Made by a program: the position numbers and the translations under genes
In this document: in pieces, positions 46,411 to 56,400 of the stretch
How the letters are laid out: every line of letters begins with the position of its first letter
Position numbering within the stretch: the first letter of the stretch is position 1
The notes under the pieces: generated by a model
The model's database searches: none
What the model saw: the letters and a program-made list of their open reading frames with translations, nothing else
Told to the model about the DNA's origin: nothing
NCBI GenBank assembly: GCA_008690995.1
Contig: VRMN01000006.1
Location: forward strand, 1-64,000
DNA length: 64,000 nucleotides
Source: Porphyridium purpureum
Lineage: Eukaryota
Reading direction: 5' to 3'

Positions 46411-48214
46411 CATCCATACTCACGTCTCGTTTTATTAGAGACGAAGCCGTTGAGCGGGCCGTGCCCCACTCAACGTGGAGCAGCTTCAGCTCTAGGCCAT
46501 CAGTTTCCGCGTCCGAACAGTCTCGCTGCCATCGTCCCTTCTTCTTACACGCTTGATCGTCATCATTTGCCTTGTCTTGCGCTCTGGGTTTTTTAATTGG
46601 ATGTTTTCTTCTTTCGCGTCTGTTCCGTGGCACCCAACTCCACGGGCACCCGACCGTCCGGCACGCCTCCGAGCGAATGACCTCCGACCCTGCGCTGACC
46701 TGTTTTAAAGGCAGAGTCTACGGCGAGGGCGTTCGTCAGCCCATCTCCATGGGTCGACGGCTGCCGCAGCAAGACTTCAATTCTCAAACGTTCGTTTAAT
46801 ACCCAGACGAATCGATCGAGCTTTACCGCGCTGCGCATGTCGAGGATTTTTGAGCACAGCGAGTCAAATGCAATGATAGAAGCTTCAATGCTCTTGTCTC
46901 CCTGTTGCGTCTCGACCAGCTAGTCTCAGGCACTGTTGGCGAAGTCCATCAGACCGATTCACGCAGTCGGCTCTTCCAAAACTCAAAACACTTCCCGGGC
47001 TTCCGCGCCAGATGTGCGTACCAAGATTTGGCATGTTCTTCTTGGTACACCGCGCCTGTCCGCACAGCCGAATGTCCACCCAGCGCCGTCCAGGTGCGAC
47101 CACTTGCAGCAGCTTCATCCTTCAGCGGCTCGTAGATCCTCTCCTTTGCGTCAATAACCCATGTGGCAATGTCCGTCGCGTCCCGTACCCCAATGAACAC
47201 CTTCATTGGCGCTGGCCCGGCGACGCGTGAGACTGCACTACCTGACAAGTGGGACGGTCCCACGTTCTCTCTCGCTGCTCGCTCTCGCAAGAGTTCTTTT
47301 TCGAGCATCACAATGCGCTCACTAGCACTTCGAAGATCAGCGCCGAGCAACGTGTGCATTCGAGCTACCAGAGCTTCCATGCCGCCTTGCGATAAACCAG
47401 CAGCACCCTGCTTCTACAGCTGCTGAGCCTTCACATACTGCTGGAGCTCGCACAGGCTGCCCCGTTACCGGGCAGCATGCAGGTCAGCTGGCAATATTCG
47501 CCGCTCCGTCAGGTCAACGACTGCACCGGTGACAACCTTTTCGTTTTCAGTACGTCTTGCTTTCCGGCTTTCGTGGTTTGGTGCTCATGCTGGTACGAAT
47601 GAAGTAGGGGGCATATTATCAACTCAAGGGCATCCTCGGTCCCACACGGCTTCAGTCCTTCGGATGCTTTGGGCCTCGCTCCGAAACGGCTAGCCCGCTA
47701 ATCATGGAAACAATACAAAACGCCGCGACAGAAGAAATCAAGTAACAACGAAGACCACTAAGACGCAAAAGAAAAGATAATCAGCAAGTGCACAGCCAAA
47801 GCTCACCCTTGTGAGACCCGCTCGAACTGTGCTCATAGCCCTCGAAAACGTCTGGGAAAGGAAAGTTCCCAGAAGCTCACCAAGGCGCAGGAAAGAGCTC
47901 ACCGAAACGGATAAAGTTCAAGCACTGTCGCTCTCTTTCCCTCTCGCGCCGGCCGCCGGGGATGCGCGCGTACCACCCGCTTGGTGATACGCTAGACTAA
48001 GTGATGAGCGCTCACACGCCGACGCGTTTTCTTGCCTCCCCGCTGAGCAACTCTCAACACACAAGAAGAACGAGTTCTTTACACCACCGCATGCCTCTCT
48101 GGCCTCTTGCCTCGAGAAAGCAAGAACCGCTTACTGGCGATCTGTTCGCCAGCACTTCTTGAACGGTTTACTCTGACGGCAAGTACCAAGCGCTGCGGTC
48201 AATGCTCGTGAACT

Positions 48215-48816
48215 AGTTGTGCCTGTGTCTATGCTGCAAACAGAACTTCGAAATTCAGTGCGTAATGTGGGAGTACCTCGCGAGCGACACGTAGGACACA
48301 TCTTGCAGGACTCCTGGGAAAGCAGATACGATGGCCTACGGGGCGAGCGGCGCAGACAGTGCAGCCGGGTAACATAGCGTTTACCCTAGAGTCCTCTTCG
48401 ATGGATCGTAAGCAAGTTCCTCTTCATCCACGCGAAAGCGTACAGCCAAATGGAGGATAGAACGGAGGATGGAACATCGTCCTTAACACGAGAAGACAAA
48501 CTGTGTAGTACGCGACTCCGAGCGCATCCCATCAGCGGTTCGGTATGGAGTCATCGGTCCGGCAGCGTGTGCGATCCTTTACGGATGTTTCCTCAATTGG
48601 GTGTACTGGGAGGTACGCATGACTTCTGTTGAGGGTCGCGTGGCTGGGTTATTCCGAGAGTTGAAGCCATTCAGGCAATCCGTTGCGAGGCTCCCGGAAG
48701 ATGGATATGAACCCAGAGCCAGCGCGAGCTGAACAAGTAAAAAAGCGAGGAAGAGGAGAACAAAAGACGTAGGATTGGAGAAGAAAAAAGAGAGAGAAGA
48801 AGCTCTGCTTGTGATA
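48215..48816 (+). mobile_element. Diverged third copy of the 45799-46410 LTR family
   Basis: Shares gggtgtactg..ttgaggg.cgcg..tgggttattccgag (48599-48658), the purine-rich tail and the end agctctgcttgtgata. Start approximate. Confidence 0.6.
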
Positions 48817-49195
48817 GGCTCATCGCTTTACACGGCAGCAGCCATGCGGGATCTGCAAGGATCCTCCGATCAAACTTCACACGCGAACAAAGATCCTGAG
48901 AAAAGCACTGATGCAGCGAAAAGGACGGACCAGAAGGGCCAAGCGCTTCTCGAAAAGACCGTATGCGCTTTTGAAGATGAAACGACCATAGTTGATGGCC
49001 ATGAGTATTCGGACCGTGAAGGAAGCGAGACGAATGATAAAGAATAGAAAGCAAGGAACTCGGAGGACGAGCAGCACTGGCCGACCACTGGTGCTGGCTC
49101 GATTAGGGCAGAAAGTATCCGCTAGCCTGAAGACGACGAGAAACAATTGCTGAGATAACACTTGACAGACCATTCGCAAAGATGCGCAGATCAGC

Positions 49196-49820
49196 TTGGA
49201 TGAGACGGCCCAGTCATCAATTTGGCCTGTTAACAAAGCCTGTCAAAAGATCAAAGAATGGCCGTACGATCTGAAGAGGGCCTTGGAAAAGGAATCATCA
49301 GCACACGCGAAAGCCGAGACTTTTGACGTCCAAGAGATCATCGAGCATGACGACATCGAAGATGGCAATGCACAAGTAGTCCAGTTGAGGTTAATTCACC
49401 GCTTGAAAAATCAGGAGCTTGGCCCAATGAGGGCCACCAAAAGCACGCTGAAGCGTACCGGGCTGAACTCTGAGGCCAAGAGAAGGCGGTCAATTGATCC
49501 TGGTGAAGGAAGAGGTACAGCACGAGTGTCCCGGCGTCTTTACAAGTCCTGCGGCTGATCTTAAAGCTCGCTCCGTTGATATCAGGACACATGGATATCC
49601 GATATTGAATATACATACTTGCATGCTGCGCTGCTTGGTCTTGCCGTATACATGAGAGAGTCACAAGGTGTAGCAAAGGTCGGGCCCCGCAAAATGTGCC
49701 CCATTTGTCTGACTATGAAAAGCGCGCTACAGCCTACCGCGATCAAAGGGAGACTGCGGTCAGTACGTGTAAGAGCAGCTGAAGAGACTAGAATGGACGC
49801 CCACCATTGCGGATCGTAAC
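49196..49820 (+). pseudogene. Copia-type reverse transcriptase remnant
   Basis: ALEKE..ETFDV..VVQLRLIHRLKN..KSTL, then SVDI; heavily decayed. Confidence 0.4.
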
Positions 49821-49869
49821 TTCTACGTGAGGAAATCAAGGGGCGATACAAACTCGCTGGCGCTTTTGT

Positions 49870-50274
49870 TAGGTAAGTTCAGTGAGGGTAAAGTTCCCCG
49901 AAGCTCCCAAAGGCGCAGCAAAGAGCTCACAGGAGCGGATAAAGACCAGGCACTGCCACTCTCTTCGCGTCCCACGCCGGCCGATGGGGTTGCGCGCGTA
50001 CCACCCGCTTGGTGGTGGCTAAAGGGAGTGATGGGCGCCCGTACGCCCACGCGTTTTCTTGCCGATGTGTTTTCTTGCCGCCCCGCTTTGCAGCTCTCAA
50101 CGCACAAAGGGGAACTCACTCTTTATTCCACCGCACGCGTCTCTTGCCCTTTGCCTTCGAGCAAGCGAAATCCCTTCCACCGCCGATCTCTTCGCCAGTT
50201 TTATCCAATATGCTCTTATCAATGGTGCTCTACCCTGTCGACGAATACCAAGCGCAACGGTCAATGTTTCCTCG
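49870..50274 (-). repeat. Additional LTR copy of the element D family
   Basis: Aligns by eye with 47841-48208 and 36823-37620 (gcgcgcgtaccacccgcttgg, gttttcttgcc, taccaagcgc); begins CGAGG on the minus strand. Confidence 0.75.
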
Positions 50275-51599
50275 TATCATAATGTAAACCCCGTGGTTCT
50301 AGATCGCGCTCAAACTGCTGGTCGAGAAGGCGGGCGCACGTTCGAGCAGTGTGCGCTACATGCGCACGAGGAAGGCGCAGTATTCATGGAGCTGGCCAAA
50401 GCGGCCTGGAAGATGGCGAGCAGGGGAATGGATATGCGTCGGGCGCGTGTCCAGCAGATCGGCGCAGAAACAAAAGTCTCCAGAGACACGCGTCAGGTCA
50501 ACGCGCTCTTTCCAGTGAGTGTAAAAGGAGCACATGACAGCAGTCGTGTGCACGAGCTAGCGGCAAGAAAAGGCAGGAAACTGTGCGAGTCTAAATCAGT
50601 AAAAGGATCACGGCTTGTCGTCGATTTGGGATCAGGCTTGCGACGCGGGTGCAGGAACTTTGAGTGGGACACAGGCCAGGTGGGCTTCTGTGTTGGTGTG
50701 AGGAGTGTGGTGGCTGCGGGTTCAGTACTCAGCAAAGTTCTGAATCAGCGTTGCCACATCACGGTTTGGATGCTTGTGGGAGCGCGCGGGTCGCTCTCGT
50801 ACGAGGTCGGGTAGCCTGTAACCAGGGCAACGTGGGGGAGGGGTGCCAACTCGGGCGGCTTTGGCGTCCTGTTTGGAGTTGGGTGGCCGCAAAAAATTGC
50901 TCTGAGTCGCTTGAAACTTCTGCTTTGGCTCTGCATGTGTAACCGGCTGGTTCCAACCCAGTCGTTCGATGAGGCTGTTGTTGATTCCTTCAAATTGGTT
51001 CATAATCTAAATAATGTCCGGACGTCGGTCGGATACTTTGGGAGACGTGGCCGGACGTCCAACTGTGGCTAACATCACGGCCGATGTGGTGGCTCTTTAA
51101 GCACGCATACAGCTGATCACGTCCGGCCAGAAACAGATGTGCATAAGTGTTGGCCATACGCGTGAACGCATAGACATCATCATGCAGCGCCTCGAGACGC
51201 AGAGGGACGAGTCCGCAGTTTCGTACCGAGCGGGATCGCGATGCACGGCCAAGTGCCTTCGCCCTTTCGGATGACGGTATCGGCGGGCATCGGTGGTTTG
51301 AGCCTGTTGAAGATGTCTGAAGAGGATTTGCGGCTCATCAAGCCTGAGCAGGAGATGGAGAGGTCAGTGATCCGCGAGATGAAAGTCTCGTGCAATCACT
51401 GTGCTCGTGATCTCAGGTTTGACACCACACGTTTGAACCTGGGTGAAAGCGTGTCGCCAGCTTGTCACGGACGGTCCTCTCAAGCGACCGCCGTCTTTCG
51501 CAGTATAAGTCTCTCCTCTCTCTCTTTTCTCCTTCAACGCCCGTGCTGTCTTTTGTGACCTCTCTTGTTCTATATACGGATTATGCCTACCATCAATTT

Positions 51600-53323
51600 A
51601 ACGGTTCCTTGCACCGACTTCGTTCAGCGCCCTGATGTGCACGCTTTGGACCGTTAAAACCAGTAGACCGATAATCTCACCAACGGTTACGCCGTTTCGC
51701 GATGAAATCGCTGAACCATTACCATCTTTCGGGTCCCGTGACAAGTGTGGACTCTCGATCAACTACCAGGCGCGCTGGTGCTCCAAAAGGTGTAACTCAG
51801 AGCTTGAATATATCTCGCGCATGTTCCGCATACGTCGCGTCCTCCTTGACCGGCTGCACCACGGTTAGCTTTGTACCCGCACACACTATCTGAAGGACCT
51901 TGATCTTTGGACGCTCGGGGAATTCTTCTAGGAACACAAAGCCCGCAAACACCACATGATTCAAGCTTGTTTCAACTTCTGCTGCTTCGCTGAACGGATT
52001 GCGTCGCCCCGCATACCACTTGCACACATGACAATCATCGCATATGCGTCGTAAAGTCACACGGTCTCCCGCAGTCACTTCTTCCGCCGCGCGCCGTAAG
52101 AGACTGTCGATTTTGCGATGGTGAGCGTGTCCGAACCTTTTATGCAAGGTCCTCAGCTCATCTGCTGTGTAACAAATAGCAAGCTCTGCCCGAGATTCTA
52201 CACGATAAGGCCCTACGACAACGATATGCCCTCCGTGTTGTGCAAGTTTGATGGTTCATGTGCCGCACGTGCTCTGCAGCCTCCACGGGTCGGGGAGAAG
52301 TGCCAGATTCTGCCTTTTCATGAACTCAAGGTCCAGAATCATGGGAAGCTCTGCGTCACATGTGCTATCGTCGAATACAACGATTGACGCCTCTAGAAAG
52401 TACTTCCCTGTCTGTTCTGCGATTCTCACGTTTGCGCGCCCGATGCTTGTCAGTCGCTTTCCCCGTGTGACACTTTCTGTATCTAGTGGTTCAAGATTTT
52501 CATTGTTGCCAGTGACCTCGCAGAATGCTCGCCACTGCCTTAGTCCTGCGACGTCCCCAAGCGAGCCCGTGTCGACGACCAGTCCACGGAATTTTGCCTC
52601 GTGGATTGTCAACACCGTGTTAACTCCCCTCGCGGCGTCCATCATCACCGCGAGTACTGATAGCTCCGGACTTGCACTTTCATCGCTCGACGATTCGGAT
52701 CCGGAGGATTCTTCTTTTTCTAAGGCGTGTACAGCCGATGCCGGAGGAAACCCGGCCTTCTTCCGCCTGCAATAAGGTTCAGTATGTCCGTCTCGCTTGC
52801 AGTGCGTGCAGAAGCGCTTGACTTGGCGCGGTCCTCGAGGCGGGTTTTCATTCTTTGCCTTCTCCGGTTCCTTCTCCGGTTCTTTCTCTTGTACGTTTAG
52901 CGCGAGTGCGCGAACCGCACTCGACAGTTCCTCGATGGATAAGACTTTGTCGCTCTCCGAGTAGCGGCCAGGTTTTCCCGCGAACGCGCTCATAGTCAAG
53001 GCACGGATGCGCAATTGCGCCGTCGTATACTCCGAAGTCTCGTCTACGATACAGACTGCTGAACCGAACACAGATGTTTCTGCGAGCGCTGTTGTCATAG
53101 GATTCAGATAAATCTCCGTGGAGATATTGTCGCCCACGTCGTCTCTTATTTCATTGATTTTCCGAACGATCGATTCGAAGCTCTTGAAGCTGCTTGCGGT
53201 GCCGAAGCCGAAAGAAAGCTTCCGGTGAGCTGAAAGGATGACTGCGCGTGGAACGTAGTGTGCTTCAACGCGTGCCACGATTTGGGGGGTACCCCAATCG
53301 TCCGCTCGTGTCCCAGACCCCAA
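51600..53323 (-). mobile_element. Fragment E of a different copia-like element: gag-PR-integrase N-half
   Basis: CTHCKRDGHTEPYC knuckle, LVVDTGSLGDVAG..W protease, standard-length HHCC (LHKRFGH..CDDCHVC), FGAPARLVVDRE. Confidence 0.8.
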
Positions 53324-53490
53324 GCGTTCAAAACCAACGTCTTTTACTCTCTCCCCTCTTCTCTCTCCTCTTCTCCAATCCCCGCCGTGAAGCGGCAGAG
53401 CTTAAATATGCTACAACTAGACCCTAAAGCTAACCGGACCGCCCAGTTATTTTGGGGGCCTATGTACTGTACCTCTTGGCCACAGCATGG

Positions 53491-56400
53491 CTTTGATAAT
53501 GGCGTCTTGGTAAGGCACGCGTATACCAAACATGTACCAATAGTAAACTACTGGTGGCTAGCTGAAGCAAGAGGTCCACAACAAGACGACTTTACTCCTT
53601 AGCACAACCAAGCTCTTCCCTCAAAAGGAGACAGAGCGCCGACTCGTCGGCCGTCTCTCACACTCTAATGATATGCTACTGTGGTTAACCATTACGGTCA
53701 CCAACCAACGGAGAGTTGTCATCATTAAGTATTTGATGACTCCTCATCACGTCATCAGGCAGGCAGAGAGGGATGACTATATTCCACGCACACCCTCATC
53801 ACTTCTGCGCTGGCTGCAAAGGAACGCATCACACTCGCTCGACAAGGTGCCAGCGGGTGTACGGATCATTGTCACACGACATTTTCTCATCATGATGGCT
53901 GTACGCATAGCCGCGCATGCCAGCATCATCGTCGCAGTCGTCGGGCTGCATGAGCATCGCGAAGGCGTTGCCACGGTTGGCGGCGGAGCGAGCATGCGTC
54001 ATACGCTGGGCGACGCCAAGGGATAAGCTTGCACCGTACAGGCCCCACGCGGCTGCATGGCCGCGAAACACGTCGGTGGCAATCGGCTTCGTCAAGCCGT
54101 CAGCGATGTTGTCGCGCGTAGCGACATAGACGAACTTGACGAGTCCGTCCGCTGCTATCTCGTGCAACCATCTCAGCGAGATGCGCTGCATCTTTGGCGC
54201 GTGCAGTAGCCGGTCACTGTGGCCGCGCTTTACCGCGCGCAAAGTCGACTCGTCGCACCGCACAACGATCGGAGGCCAGCGCCTCAAAAGTTCTTCCGCC
54301 AATGTCGCCACTGGGAACACGCTGCCTTGCGCTGCGTCGTGCAGCGCTACCAACTCAGCCTCGGTCGTCGAGGTGCTGACGCGCCGCTGGCGCCGACTGG
54401 TCCAGTCTACAAGGTGTTGGCATCTGCCATTCGATATGAAGAGCACGGCGCCGCTCGTGGATGACGGTGCCGAAAAGTCGACATCAGCCCACGCGTGCAA
54501 CCGAACGTCGCGACTGCCTGCCGCGGGTATGTCGTATTGCAGACAGACGTCCGCATGCTTCTTCAGATACCCGACGATCTCGTCGAGCGCGCGATCCGCG
54601 CTTGGCCCCCACCGGTCGACATAACGCGCCACATGCGCCGTGGCATAAGCGATGTCTGCTCGCGTGGTTCGGCTGAGCCACAGCAGTTGGCCAATCACTG
54701 TTCGCTTGTTTGTCGGGCACGCGCGCCCGCCGGGTCCATTGTCGTCGACCCGCTCGCTGAGTGGCGTGCTGCGCACGCGCAAATTGTCCGCGGTGTGGCC
54801 GTTCGCCACATGGGTGGCGTACACCCCCGAATCCAATATCCATCGGCCGCCGTCGCGATAGATGTGCATGCCGAGATACTTGATAGGGCGCGTACGCGCC
54901 GAGTCTGCAATGTATTCGACCTTCTGGTCGATTCTGAAAACGGTCTTCAGTTGTTTGACCGCCACTCGTACCGCATCCGTATTGCCGAAGAGTGCGCCAT
55001 CGTCTACGTACATGCTCAGCGTGAGCATGCTGCCGTTTGCGCCGCGGCGCCAGTACTGGTTCTTGTCCGCGTTGGATTCTTGCCATCCAAGCCGCCGGGC
55101 ACGCTCGCGAGCGTCGTGGCTGAAGTCATTGCCGCTCCGTTTCATTCCGTACAGAGCCAGCGGTAGCTCCACGACAGGCTCGCTGCACGCGGCTATCTTG
55201 CTGTAGTCAGCTTCGCTGACTAAACCCTTCACGACCGGGACCAGGTCGCGCAGATATCCGAATGTCGGACGGCCGCCCAATGGTGCACTGGGGTAGGCAC
55301 ACGTCACGTCGAAAAAGGCGCCGTCGGCGGATGGTCCATGGAGCATGAGCGCCATGCTCATTGAGGCGCGGATCGCCAGCAAACCTGGCGGGCGATCAAA
55401 AGGGTACGGTTCTTCGCGCGCGCGACGCCCATCGGCGTCCAGCACGACGCATTCTTGCGCGACGATGCGGCACTTCGTCTTGTGGAAGGACGAAGGCATT
55501 TCTGAATTTTTCTTATTGGAGAGGAGCTTCAACTTAACAAATTGCGCGTTCGGAACGCGCGCCGCCACTGCCTTGTCCATCGTGCGGCGGAAAGGCAGAG
55601 CGCCGGTGCTGGTGAGCGCACGAAACTCGGATGCCAATGCATGGCGGCCGGCGGGCGTGGCCATCGCCATCGCTGTGGCCACAACTTCTGCCACCCCCAG
55701 ACCTGCCGCTTCGTCCTCTGTTCCCCCTGTCGCCGCGCTTGTATACGTTGCGTCGCTGCTACTCTCTGCTCGCGTCGCGTCGTTCCGCGTCGCATCGCTC
55801 GCTGCTGCTGCGTGCACTGGAAGCACACCCAGTTCCGCTGCGCGCGCGCGTAAGCTGGCTGGTTTGCGGCCGCGCATGAAGAATGCTGGCCTACCCGCGA
55901 TGGCAAGCCAGTCCTCACCAAAACGGGCAATGCCTTCGGATATGGCAATGTCCTCGGCCGGACTCCACGGCAGCTCAATGCGCCGATACTGTGCTCGCGA
56001 CGCGAGCTTTCCGTGCTCGTCTCGGTTGCACTGGCAGTGCATTTGCCTGCATGCGCCGTCACCAGTGTGACGTCGGCTGGGCGCCGGACCCAAAATGCAT
56101 TTCTCGCATTCGGTGCTCCCACCGACTATTTTCTTGCACTGTGTGCAGAATGCACGGTCCGGTGCATTGTCGCGTGCTCGCGACCATTGATCACCCGTCG
56201 CAATGGCCTCATCTGGAGGCCGCAGTGCCAAACGTCGCAATGGCCACTTGTCGGGAAGTGGCTTCCATTCGCCGACCTTCCTGATCGCAGATGGCCGCAA
56301 GTTGGCAATGGGCAGGGCGAGCAGGTTTATGGGCTGCCGCGGGTCATTCGCCCTCGGTGCCGTGAACCCAACGACGATTGCAGGCAAGCCTTTCGGCTCA

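Larger units (their letters stand above)
36823..48208 (-). mobile_element. LTR retrotransposon D (same unusual lineage), old and degenerate, host of nested insertions
   Basis: 5' LTR about 47841-48208, PBS GGCTATGAGCACAG 47840-47827, gag 47380-46570, protease 46440-45530 (split), integrase 45050-44350 resuming in frame at 39437, Myb-like domain about 39335-39180, RT (KLKVIFAMKN..RLVAQ..KPPGL near 38900), RNase H (KISVRW near 37810). 3' LTR about 36823-37620 with an insertion at about 37081-37504. The LTRs are strongly diverged and no TSD is preserved. Confidence 0.78.

Noticed and set aside
51015..51130. Short inverted GGCCGGACGT repeats as a MITE or hairpin element
   Set aside because: No TSD, second copy or clear termini found.
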